Of a stretch of DNA of 64,000 nucleotides, positions 16,213-28,164 are shown piece by piece; the stretch's first letter is position 1; the number at the start of each line of letters is the position of its first letter. This stretch comes from Eledone cirrhosa (Eukaryota), in assembly GCA_964016885.1 (NCBI GenBank), contig OZ024742.1:58342001-58406000 (forward strand), given 5' to 3'. The notes below the pieces were generated by a model. That model was not told the origin of the DNA. It made no database searches and worked only from the letters and a program-made list of their open reading frames with translations. The position numbers and the translations under genes were made by a program.

Positions 16213-17084
16213 ATCTTCTCCTCTGCCATCTAAATACCAAAAACAAAGAATGTAAAACATATATGTTGCCTATCTCTCAGACTTTACAAAGTGCTGAGGA
16301 GATAAAGTTAATTTAAAAAGCAGTGTGCTCATGCACTGTGATCCTATAATGTAGCTTATAAGCTATTTCATAACTAAAAAACAATGTCAAACATCAACAA
16401 AAGTATATACAAATATCTTTGAATGTTTAAGTTAAACCTAAATAGATCATATCTATAAATCATTAGGTTAAGACTGAACTAAGATCATATCTATAAATCA
16501 TTAGGTTTAGACTGAACTGAGATCATACTTTCTTCTTCTTTTCGTCATCTTCGTTTCCTGTGTCTTCTTTGTCTTTGTTGTCATTTTCATTTTAGTCATC
16601 TGCTTCGTCGTCTTTTTCTTCTTTTCCATCTAAATATTAAAAAAAAATTGTAAACAAATATATAGCTGATCTCTCAGACTTTCACGAAACACCGAGGAGA
16701 TACAGTTAATATAACGAGTGGAGAGCTCATATATATATATATATATGGTATAGCATGGTGTTATGTGGTCTGGTGTGGTACAACATGGTGTGATGTGGTG
16801 TGGTATGATATGGTGAGGCGGGGGGGGGGGGACACAACGTTAGATTAATGTTAACAATACACATGTAGCATCCACATGTGATGAGAAGGGGGGAAACAGT
16901 GTTTAACTAATTTTAACATTACATGTAGCATCCATCTACAGGTGATTAAGTTAAGACTGAGGTGTAATCACTGAGATTCTGCTTAAAATGATGGTCAATG
17001 AAGTGTTTACTTACTCAGATCCTTTGAAATTACTTTCTTTCTCTTACTGTAATTGGACATACCTACGAAATAGAAAACAGTCGA

Positions 17085-17460
17085 ATAGACAGTGGTGTGG
17101 TGTAGTGGAGTGGAGTGTGGTTTAGTGTAGTGGACAGTGGTGTGGTGTAGTGTAGTGGAGTGTGGTTTAGTGGTGTGGTGTAGTGGAGTGTGGTGGAGTG
17201 GAGTGTGGTGGAGTGGAGTGTGGTTCAATGTAGGGTGGGGATATGGTGTAGTGGAGTGTGGTGGGATATAGTGTGGTAGCATGTGGTGTGATGGAATGTG
17301 ATGTGATGTGGCATGATGAAATGTGATGTGATGTGGCATGATGAAATGTGATGTGATGTGATGAAATGTGGTGTGGTGTGGTGAAATGTGATGAAATGTG
17401 GCGTGGCGTGGTGAAATGAGGTGAGACGAGACGAGATGTGATGTAGTGTGATGTGATGTG
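17085..17460. repeat. Pentamer (GTGTG/GTGTA/ATGTG)n tract; similar tracts at 15860-16070 and 18645-18920
   Basis: Direct inspection. Confidence 0.9.
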
Positions 17461-17474
17461 AAATTTTTTCATCC

Positions 17475-18625
17475 TATTTTTCATGTGCTATCAACTAATC
17501 CAATCTCCAAGATGCTTGAAACTGACGTTTTCCCCCCAGGAAAACGGCGGGGTGAGGTGATTCCCTCTTCACCCGGATAACCCCTGCTTACTCGGAATTT
17601 TCTCTTTGATTCTATTTTCATGCGTTATCAGTGAATATGACTTCCAAACCAGTCAAAAACAACTAGCTTTGGAGAAAGAGGAGAGGGAGAGGGGAAGAGT
17701 TTTGCAGATCTACACCCTACTCACATGTTGTGGGACTTAATCATTTTCGGTATATTTCTTATGCTAATTCCTATGCTAATTCCTATGCTAATCCTATGCT
17801 AATTCCTATGCTAATTCCTATGCTAATTCCTATGCTAATTCCTATGCTAATTCCTATGCTAATCCTATGCTAATTCCTATGCTAATTCCTATGCTATTTC
17901 CTGTGCTATTAATTAATCTGACCTAGATACTTCCAATCAATTTATTTCCCTGGGTTAGGTTTAGGGTTTAGTTTTAGGATTGGCGTAAAGTTTAGGGTTT
18001 AGTTTTAGGGCTGGGGTAATGTTTAGGGTCTAGTTTTAGGGTTGGGGTAAAGTTTAGGGTTTAGTTTTAGGTTTGGGGTAAAGTTTAGGGTTTAGTTTTA
18101 TGGTTGGGGTAATGTTTAGGGTTTAGTTTTATGGTTGGGGTATAGTTTAGGGTTTATTTTATGGTTGGGGTATAGTTTAGGGTTTAGTTTAAGGGTTGGG
18201 GTAATGTTTATATTTAGATTTAGCTTCGTTTGGTTTAGATTTAGAGTTTAGGGTTGGGGCTAGATTTAATTTTATGTTTAATTTAGTTTTAGTTTCCAAA
18301 TCCCAGAAGAAAAAAAATTGATTCAGAGCAACTAAAAGGTCAGATTAGTTGATAGCACTGAAAAGGAGACCAAAGAAAAATCATTAGGGAATATATCTAC
18401 AAAACGACAATGGTTTTTCCACTTGCTTTACCCCTCCTTTTTCCTAGAACAACTAATCATTTCCAATTGGTTTGGAGGTCATATTCGTTGATAACATACG
18501 AAAAATCTTAGAGAAAACTCTGGGGTTAAATGAGAGAAGTGCATCCACCTAAGTTTTCCATGAAGAGAAAGTCAATAACAAACATCTTGGAGATCAGATT
18601 AGTTGATAACACATGAAAAAAAGAC
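17475..18625. mobile_element. Foldback-like element: diverged inverted arms enclosing a 12-bp minisatellite and a TTTAGGG-rich 31-bp array
   Basis: TTCATGTGCTATCAACTAATCCAATCTCCAAGATG at ~17480 is the reverse complement of CATCTTGGAGATCAGATTAGTTGATAACACATGAA at ~18583. Inner inverted pair at ~17903/~18337; (TCCTATGCTAAT)n at 17757-17900; TTTAGGG units at 17952-18265. Confidence 0.65.
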
Positions 18626-19128
18626 GAGGAAAAAATTTTGGGTGTTATGTCGTGTGGAGTAGTGTGGTGTGTTGTAGTGAGGAGTGGTGTGTTGTGTTGT
18701 AGTGTGTTGTGTTGTGTTGTGTTGTGTTGTGTTGTGTTGTGGTGTTATGTGGTGTGGAGTAGTGTGGTGTAATGTTGTATGTTTTTATGTGGTGTGGTGT
18801 GATGTGGTGGGGTGCACTGTGGTGTGGTGCAGTGCGGTGCGGTTCTGTGTGGTGTTGTGCAGTGCGGTGCGGTTCTGTGTGGTGTTGTGCAGTGCGGTAT
18901 TGTGCAGTGCGATGCAGTGAGGTTCTTCATCTTTATCTTTCTCTTCTTCATCTTTGTATTCATCTTCTTTGTTTTGTCTTCCATCTAAACAACAAAAAAA
19001 ATATATATATAAAACATATATGTAGCCAATCTCTTAGACTTTTACAGTCTCTTAGACTATCTCCAGGGAGATAAATTTAATATAAGTGGTGTGTTCCTGA
19101 ACAGAGATACGACAAAATAGCTTAAAAG

Positions 19129-19215
<87 letters not shown>

Positions 19216-19723
19216 CATATATATAAATAAATATACACGGGTGTGTATGATTGTGTATAGAAGATTATATTATTGTCTGATTTACTCGTTTTATTTATAA
19301 TCCTTTAAAATTATAATGTATTAGAATGAAATAGTATGGTAGAATATTAAGTATTAAGTGTTAATTGAACAAGTAATCTCATGCTTTCGCAATCTTCAGG
19401 TTCATATTCTGTGGTGACAGTCAATTTTACAATTTTCAACTGTAATGAGATGGGTAAATTTTGTGCCTTATATACAGTGAAAAGCGGCTACAGAATGCTA
19501 CATTTTTCAAACTGTATTTCGACCAATCGGTGTGTAGTTTCACTGGATTACTGAAGCTGATTGGTTTAGGCATCACGGTTGCTTGGGCATGTCTAACGAC
19601 TTCTATTTGGCCCTAGTCAAAGCATCAATTGTTTTGCTATTTTTAGAAATGATGAAAATAGCATTTTCTAGGGTTTTTATACCCCTAAGAATTATTATTG
19701 TTCATTTAGCTTGAGTTGAAATT

Positions 19724-20044
19724 TTGAAAAATATTCCCAAATGCAAAAGCAGAAATCTAATTTACTGCATTAAATGCCCGAATTGTGAAGAACTATATGT
19801 CGGTCAAACTGGAAATGCACTATCAGAACGTGCACGGGTGCACCGACAGCAAATCAGAGACCCAAATGTCCGTCAGATACCCCTGAGTAACCATCTAGAA
19901 ACATGTGGTCAGAAAATATTTATAATATTTCCATTCTACAAATTACACAGGCCAAGTGCAATCAAGAGAAAAATCAAAGAAAAGAATTTTATTGATAAAT
20001 TCCAACCCAAGCTAAATGAACAATACAAATTCTTAGGGATATAA
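19724..20044 (+). pseudogene. PLE GIY-YIG endonuclease domain, 5'-truncated
   Basis: C..NLIYCIKCPNC..LYVGQTG..LSER..H..H..E..I..LN motifs of Penelope/Neptune endonucleases. Confidence 0.9.
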
Positions 20045-20315
20045 AAACCCTAGAAAATGCTATTTACATCATTTCTAAAAATAGCAAAACAATTGATGCT
20101 TTGAATAGGCCAAATAGAAGTTGTTAGACATGCTCAACCAACCATGACGCCTAAACCAATCAGCTTCAGTAATCCAGTGAAACTACACACCAATTGGTCG
20201 AAATACAGTTTGCAAAATTTAGCATTCTGTAGCCGCTTTTCACTGTATATAAGGAACAAAATTTACCCATCTCATTACAGTTGAAAATTGCAAACTTGAC
20301 TGTCACCACAGAATA

Positions 20316-20354
20316 TGGACCTGAAGATTGCGAAAGCATGAAAGTACTTGTTCA
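20316..20354 (+). ncRNA. Minimal type I hammerhead in PLE pLTR
   Basis: TGGAC-CTGAAGA-TTGC GAAA GCAT-GAAA-GTAC-TT-GTTCA; palindromic stem III. Confidence 0.8.
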
Positions 20355-20399
20355 ATTAACATTTAACACTTAATATTCTACCATACTATTCAGATTACA

Positions 20400-20930
20400 T
20401 TTATATATATATACACATACATTCATATATATACATATATACAAATACACATATACATGTATATATATATACACATATACATATATATACATGCATATAT
20501 ATATATATACATGCATATATATATATATATACATATACAATATGTATAGGATTCCTTTCCCTTTGAGCACATAATTTACAGGGAATAACGCGACTCTATG
20601 ACTCCGTTAATTTATCTTCATATATATATATATACATATATATACATACACACATATATATACATACACACACACATATATGCATACACACACACATATG
20701 CATACACACACACATATATATATATACATACACACACACATGCATACACACACATATATATATATATACATACACACACACGTATGCATACACACACATA
20801 TATATACATACACACATATATATACATACACACACACATATATAGATATACATACATATATATATTCATACATATATATATATACATAGATTCATACATA
20901 CATACACACACACATATATATATGTATAAA
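20400..20930. repeat. AT/AC microsatellites
   Basis: Direct inspection. Confidence 0.9.
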
Positions 20931-21420
20931 GTACTTGACAATGAGCATTCTAGTTGTTCAATAAACTGATTGAATAATACAAACGATGTTTTGATATACA
21001 GATTCATTATTTGTGTATATATAATATATGCAAAGCATATAAATAAATTTACAGTAGAATAACAGAAAATATGTTTTAAATATATACATAAATAACATTA
21101 CCAATGCTTAAATAACATTATAAATTGCTCACGATTCTTTCAGAAGGATATATTCCTTTAATGTTGCAATATTAAAGAAAATATACGTATATATATATAC
21201 ATACATACATATATTTATTCAACTAAGGAAAGTTGGTTGATTGAAAATATGTTTGTCATCATAAGAGATGACAAACACTCAACAGTTTATGTTTATCCGG
21301 AGTTTTATTATAATAATTGTTTCTACTTTGGCACAAGGCTAGCAATTACCCAGTGTATTACTATTACTTTATTTTATCGACCCCGTAATGATGAAAGCCA
21401 AAGTTAACCTTGGCGGGTTA

Positions 21421-21662
21421 TAATAATAAACAAGAAAGACGGTATCATTTTCCCATCCCTATTTATTTTATTATGCGTATTTCATTTGTATAACATCTGC
21501 CCTACGTGTTCTCATATCAACGGATATCAACGAATATCTCATATCAACGGATATTTACATCTTGCATGGATTTTTGTCGGAAGAAAACACGCAGGGCAGA
21601 TATTATACAAATGACATATGTCTTCGAAATAAGTATAAAAAAATAATCTTCTTTATTATTAT
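21421..21662. mobile_element. MITE-like inverted-repeat element
   Basis: TCATTTGTATAACATCTGCCCTACGTGTT pairs with AACACGCAGGGCAGATATTATACAAATGA; TAATAATAAA and TTTATTATTA at the ends. Confidence 0.6.
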
Positions 21663-21682
21663 ATATACACACACATATATAC

Positions 21683-21728
<46 letters not shown>

Positions 21729-21739
21729 ATAATATATAA

Positions 21740-23026
21740 GATCAAAAGATGGTTAAAAGAGTTCCATGTATTTTATTATGCACATTTCAAAAACAAATAT
21801 CATCATGCAATAACATTTGCGTTTTCGTCAGATAAAATAGGGAGACATGATATGAAGGTTAAAACACACTTGTGAATAGTGCAGTTTCAAATCAACATAT
21901 GAAAAGTAGTTTTAGATTGATGTGTGATATTGGAAAAAAAATTGAGGGGGGAGGAGGTTGGAAAGGATGAAAAAGAGGAGGAGATGAGTAAAAAGTGGAG
22001 GGGGAGGAGTATAATGAGGAAGGATGAGATAGGAGGAGAGATGGGTGATAGAGAGAGAGAGAGATAGCTTTTATAACTGAGAAAAATATATTGTTTTACA
22101 TAGAGAGGTTGAAAAACCGTTGGAAGATAATATATAAATTAAAAGAATTTGATAATTAACGAAGAGAAAATTTTTAGAATAATGTTAAATTAAGTTGTAT
22201 ATTTAAGGGTTTAATAATATGTGCGATGAAAAGAAATTGTTAATATGTATTAAGAATAATATTTAAGGGTTTAATAATATGTGCGATGGAAAAAATTGTT
22301 GATATGTGTTATTAAAAAATATAAAAATATAGCAATAGTAATGTAATTAAGGATATATTGTGAAAGAAGTAGAAGAGTGGATGAATAAGTGTAATATGTA
22401 TAAGTTAGATGAGCATGAAAAGGAGAAAAAAATAATGTATTGAGGATGAATAATCTAACGTCAACAAAATTTTTGTTTACGAAGAATTTTTTCAAGGTGA
22501 TATAAAGTAAGAATATATTGTGCTGAGTAATAATTGTTTCTACGTTAGGCACAATGATAATTGAGAAGTATCTAGGAAGAAAAGGTACAGATTAGGGGTT
22601 AGAAATTAAAAGAAAAAGAAAAGAAAGAAAGGGAAGTGATAAATAGGAGTGATAGAATGAGTAACTAGTATTATATAATGTATAATAAATAACATTGAAA
22701 TAAGGTAGAAAGATGGGTATATTTTTAAAGAAATATATATGTATATATATATATATATATATATGTGCCTTTGAGAAAAGGATTTTAAATTGATAAAGTA
22801 TTAGATATTCGCTGTATACTTTATGAAATGTTCTGTGGAATTTATGCAAGCAGAGAGAAAACAAGTCAGTGCGTCTATTTATTCTAGAATCTAAATTAGA
22901 TATAATGGTAAATTTTTCACATAAATAGAGATTGCATGTATTGGATATAGAACTATTCAAGTATGAAGAAGCAGAACAAACCTTCTTCCAAGAGATGTTA
23001 TAGTTAATACAATAAAACTCACCTCC

Positions 23027-23028
<2 letters not shown>
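21740..23028 (-). mobile_element. Degenerate Penelope-like 3' end (endonuclease C-terminus, 3' UTR, hammerhead)
   Basis: YNISWK..Y..CNLYLCEKFTII..RINRRTDLFSLCLH resembles the PLE GIY-YIG C-terminal 'C.LCL.EK..I..LN.R.EL..C.H'. Confidence 0.65.
21769..21839 (-). ncRNA. Type I hammerhead ribozyme motif
   Basis: Minus strand TATTTTAT-CTGACGA-AAACGCAAAT..ATTTGTTTTT-GAAA-TGTGCA-TA-ATAAAATA; 8-bp stem I. Confidence 0.75.
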
Positions 23029-23062
<34 letters not shown>

Positions 23063-23504
23063 CATAGTAATAATAATATTTATACTTATATATGATTATA
23101 AATATGGATGGTAGTACTAAGTACTAGCCAGTTACCAAATGTATTACAGAGCCGAGATACAAAATATAAAACAATAAAATCTCATTTAATTGCTGATAAT
23201 TTTTTTTTACATACATATATATATACATACATACATATATATATACAATATATTAATAAATGGAAACTATATTTATAAAACCATATTTATTTTATTCCTA
23301 TTTTAAGGGCCACCGCTTTCATCACATAAAATACATATATATACATACACACATATATTGAACATGTATGAAACTTAATTATTCGTGTAATGCGACTCCT
23401 ATAACGTTTTTAATAATTATTTGATATTACTTACATTTTCTTATCTTTTGCTTTTACTGTTTCTTTTCTTCTGCGTTTGTTGATATTTGATCTGTTCCCG
23501 GGAG

Positions 23505-23750
23505 AAAAATGGCGCCAAACTTTTCCTTTTGAAAGAATAATGTAATTGTGTTCACGTGATATATAGCTGTCAGTCGTGAAAGCAGCCGAAGGTGACGTCA
23601 TTCGTCATCGTTTATTTCCGTATTATTACCACCAAGTAACTCCACTTACGCGTGGTAGTAATACGGAAATAAACGATGTTTTGCTTTCATCGGCTGCTTT
23701 TGACTGACAGCTAATAGCGTTGTAGTGCTGGTTGTTATTATTCCTTCAAT
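23505..23750. promoter_or_regulatory. Palindromic, probably bidirectional promoter/5' UTR
   Basis: AAAATGGCG (YY1-like), CACGTG, TGACGTCA (CRE) and CGGAAAT/ATTTCCG (ETS-like); CpG-rich; directly upstream of ATG 23751. Confidence 0.6.
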
Positions 23751-23855
23751 ATGGATCTTAAAAGAAAGACTTCGGAATCATTGATTGTTCCATTTAAGAA
23801 ACCAAGAAATGAAATTGTTCCTTTACACAGAAAGAATCTATCTTTAATACAATCG
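23751..23855 (+). pseudogene. SNRNP40: SNRNP40 (U5 snRNP 40K WD40)-like first coding exon
   Basis: MDLKRKTSESLIVPFKKPRNEIV..SLIQS then GTAAAG phase-0 donor; resembles human MIEQQKRKGPELPLVPVKRQRHEL..LLQA|GPP (recalled sequence). Confidence 0.7.
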
Positions 23856-24103
23856 GTAAAGTAATTCTCTTGACTGTTTGTCTGTTGTTAGCCAGTTTGT
23901 TTATTAAGACTATCACCTGTACTGTAGTTTAAATGTGCTTGTATTTTTTATATTTACAAAACATGGAGTCATTAAAATACAAATTTATTAATAAAAAATT
24001 CAGTTTATAATCTCTTCATATATGGTGATAAGTACATATTCAGTGTCGGTTAAAAAGAAAGCAAAATAAATGTACTTCGTTTTTGTATAAACGCTGTCCT
24101 GAG

Positions 24104-24311
24104 TACAGTTTGTTTGCTTTTTATGTGAACTTGAAGTACGCAAATTCGCTTTAACGTGTCTTGAAAAAATATTAAATATTCACTTTGCGCGAATAACGCG
24201 TGTGGTTTTTTATTTTTTTATTTATCAGAAATATTAGACTTGAATTACACGGATTTGCTTTACGCGTCTCGTTCACGAATGCATCTTCGCGTAAAAAGCG
24301 AACACACTGTA
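24104..24311. mobile_element. Tc1/mariner-type MITE
   Basis: TACAGTTTGTTTGCTTTTTATGTGAA and TTCGCGTAAAAAGCGAACACACTGTA form imperfect TIRs with TA flanks. Confidence 0.6.
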
Positions 24312-24391
24312 CTATGGAGAGATGATTGGAATGCAGTAAAAAGAATAAAAATTCAATGACATTGTGAGACTATCGATATTTTATTGGAAGA

Positions 24392-24940
24392 GGCTATTTT
24401 GCCAGTCCCGGTAAAATAGCTCTCCCCCTCCTAGGCTATTTTGTTGCTAAGAGTGTCGGACACTATGCTTTGCGGCATAGAATTGCAGCCGTTTACGGTG
24501 TGAGTTCAAATCTCGCTGAGGTTAGCTTTGCCTTTCATCTTTACGGGTTCGATAAAATAAAGCACCAGTAATGCACTGAGGTCGATTTACCCCTCCCTCT
24601 CAAATTGCTGGCCTTGTGCCTAAATCAGAAATCATTGCCCTTGCCATTCTGAGTTCAAATCCCGCCGATGTTAACTTTGCCTTTCATCCTGACGGGGTCG
24701 ATAAAATAAAGTACCAGTAATGTACTGGGGTAATTGCTGACCTTGTGCCAAAAGTAGAAACAATTATTATTAAGGCAGGTAATGTTAAAAATAATAACTC
24801 AGATTTAACACAGAAGTTTATTTATTTTCACCACCAATTATTAAGATAATTTAAACCGTAACCTAACACTATTTATATTTACTACTAAAATAAGCTTTAA
24901 AAGCATGTTTGTCTATTTTACGGGACCGGCAAAATAGCTT
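24392..24940. mobile_element. MITE containing nested SINE copies (24455-24770)
   Basis: GCTATTTTGCCAGTCCCGGTAAAATAG pairs with CTATTTTACGGGACCGGCAAAATAGC. Confidence 0.6.
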
Positions 24941-26007
24941 TAACCGATTTTGGTACCAATTTCATTAAAATCAGTTCCGGTTCTCTGAAACAAAACCCAT
25001 TTATTTCAAAGAATTTATATTTGATTTAGAATATTCCAAGATGATTTTATAAAAAAATTTTTTTGTTAAGTTATGTTACGAATGCTATCTCAATAATGAA
25101 ATAAATAATTTTAGTAAATCCCTCCAAATTCTTTAACTTTTAACATCCTGTACCGCATGAAACCACATTAGCAATGCATTCTTCTAAAGTACAAAACAGA
25201 AAAATAACTGCATCACATTGAAATTTAAAATTTTAACATCTGTCCACTAGTAAAAAATTGGATTAAGAAACCCGTTTAAAGATATTTACTGCTAAAACAT
25301 TACATGGGAGACTACTCTTATAGTTACCTCCTTTCAATGAAATAAAATATTTGAATGTCATTTTTTTAATTATAAGAGAGAGTTCTGTTCTTTAAAACGT
25401 TATACAAAATAATATGATGTATGGCTATTTCAGAAAGCCATCATCTTTCAATTTACATCATATTTTCTTTTAGTAGTGGTAACCTTAAATTGAACAGTAA
25501 CTGTGAGTCTAGTAGAAGATGAATCCATGTTTCTGTTCAGCAAGCTTCTTACTTTTTTTCAAACTTTTGAATTACTTTTGTATATCTTCACAAAAGCAGT
25601 TTAAGAATATAAGAACTTTTACAAAAATCTACTGATGTTTCTACACCAAAGAAAGCAGAACCATTTTAACAAGAAGGCCATCCAGCTGTAGAAACCAAGC
25701 CCAAATCAGTTCTATGTGAGTGAAGCATGGTCCTCCGACCTGATCTCTTACAAAGAGACAGAACGTCCTACCCATGCTAGCATGAAAAATGGACGTTAAA
25801 CAATGATGATGATAGAGCGTTTACAACAGAAAAAAAGCAAACACTAGTTAGTAGTCCAGGACACTCGACACTAAACCACATGGTATCCTAGCTTATCTAG
25901 TATTCTTTCAGCTATTTTAGTGTTTTTAGTCAGATTCAAGCTTTCAGGTTAAGTTTGATGTTTTATTAAGAGATTGTGCTTTATAATTAATATATTTTTC
26001 TTTTCAG

Positions 26008-26056
26008 TTATTCTTATTCAATTGATAAGAAAATCTACCTTGGTAAAATAACTTGA
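26008..26056 (+). pseudogene. SNRNP40: SNRNP40-like terminal exon
   Basis: TTTTTCTTTTCAG acceptor, then ..SIDKKIYLGKIT* versus human SSDKRLYMGEIQ*; ATTAAA at 26061. Confidence 0.7.
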
Positions 26057-26678
26057 AGAAATTAAATACTGCCATTCAGGTGGGAAAAACAGGTTGCCAG
26101 TATTTGTCAGATTATCATGTTTCAATCATTTATTCACAATTACAGATTTAGACATATGTTGTAAGTTTGAAACATTCTCACATATACACACTTCTATAGT
26201 TGTATAGTTTTGTAACTCTTGCCACTATACAATAACTCTGTTAATGCATACATACTTGAGGTATGATAGCTGTGGAGTTTACTTACTGGTAACTTGATCA
26301 TCACATGGCTATAGGTTCTAGCCTTACAACAACCATTATGTTGTGCTCTTGGTAAAAAATATATAACTCTGCTTACTTGATTAAAAATGTCCATTTCCAT
26401 TATTTAATTGAGTGTTTAGCAACAGGAAAAGCATCTAACGGTAAAGCCAACATTAAACATCCCATCCATGCTAACAGGAAGAAATAGCTGTCATACTCAT
26501 AGATTTCAACAGACTTAAACAACCCTCCTAGTAATTGTGAATGAGGTGTTTGAACATTTGATATGAAATTTAGTTGTTCCAGATGATCATTTTTAAGAAA
26601 CTCTTAGATCATATTCATAACTTGACAGTGGACAAAAGCTCGAGAAAAGTAATGTCAAACTTCTTATATAGCAATTAA

Positions 26679-26898
26679 CCCTTTAGCATTTACATTATTC
26701 TATATTTATTATTGTATTTTCACAGTAAAAACTTTCTCTTACATAATTATCTCACATAATATTGAATCTACGAGATTTTGATGTTATTATTTTGAGAACA
26801 ATACTTTAAAGTAGGTATGAGCGGCCAGTTACAGCTGGTTTGAACAGTAAGAGGTGAGAGAGTTCTGGCCGGATACGGCCGATTTAAATGCTAAAGGG
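26679..26898. mobile_element. piggyBac-type MITE
   Basis: TTAA|CCCTTTAGCATTTA ... TAAATGCTAAAGGG|TTAA. Confidence 0.85.
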
Positions 26899-28164
26899 TT
26901 AAATACAACAACCCTAAAATAACCAAAAACACAGTGCACAAAATACAATTAGCCAATTGAATATAATTAAAATTAGAACCCACCAACTATACCGGTACTA
27001 AGAACACAAACTTTAGGCTTTAATTGCGTTCAATATTTGGTTTCTGCCATGTTGTAGCTACCAGATAAATTAGTACCATATACTCTGTAATTTTTTTCTG
27101 ATGATAGGATTAAATATTAAGAATATTTAATCCTATCATCAGAAAAAAATCTATATACCAGAGATCCTTCAATGGTGATCCACATAGTATACGAGGCTTG
27201 GTACAATATATATATATATTTCTTTACAAAACCTTACTCAACAACAAAATACAGCCCAAAACACCCCACTTAAAATACAATCATCTAGTACAACTACCAA
27301 AAAAAAAAAAAAAAATAATAAAAATTCCTTCACATCGGAGAACTTTCAGTCCAGTTACATTAGTGAAATAAAGGAGAAAAGGTAGCCAGCTCACTTTTTA
27401 GAAATTCATATAAATTATTTCAGCTGTAAATCTGTGATTTAATTTCATTCCATTAATTATTTTAGAACACTGAACACTAATCTGCTAACTACAAAATATT
27501 ATAAATATTTACTATTATTTTCTTTTTTAATAAAAAAAAAAAATTGAAATGAAAAAAACTTAAAATCTTTTGTTGCTCATTTAAAGATATTTTAAATAGA
27601 TCTCCTTTTTCTTTAGCCTTTCTTGTGTAAGTATATACATATATGTAGAAATATAGCAGCGATGAATAAGAGATGATTTGGACTGCAGCAACCTGTCCAG
27701 CTACGGTTATGGCTTACAGAATTATCTCCCCTAATACGAAAGACTTTTATATTTCATCTTATCAGGATGATGACATAAGTATCAGAAAAAGTACTAGACT
27801 CGCTATAATTGTCTAAAGCCGTTATAGGCGATGCTCCAGCATGGTCATTGTCTAATTAATAAAAATAGAATAAACATTGTGCTTCATATAACAACCACCT
27901 ACAATTAGGACATTGTAAATGTAGTCTGCTTGAAAAAAATAGGATGGTCATAACTGGAATGCCTTTGATTACCTGTCTTTTTTTATCAGATGACCTGGGT
28001 TGAAAGATCAAAAGGTCCTTCAACATCATAGACAAATTAAACATTTAAAAAGAAACAAAAACCTTTACTTCTAAACACTTTGATCTCTTATGATCATGAA
28101 AATGAACAACAGATATTTTGTAATCTCTGCTTTACACTCTACATGTGAGTGGAGTTTTACTGAA

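Larger units (their letters stand above)
19230..20398 (+). mobile_element. Penelope-like element 3' fragment with inverted pLTR copy
   Basis: 19340-19722 is the reverse complement of 19997-20395 and brackets a GIY-YIG ORF. Flanked by (AT)n. Confidence 0.9.

Noticed and set aside
17952-18265. True telomere
   Set aside because: Internal, degenerate, 31-bp periodicity rather than pure TTAGGG
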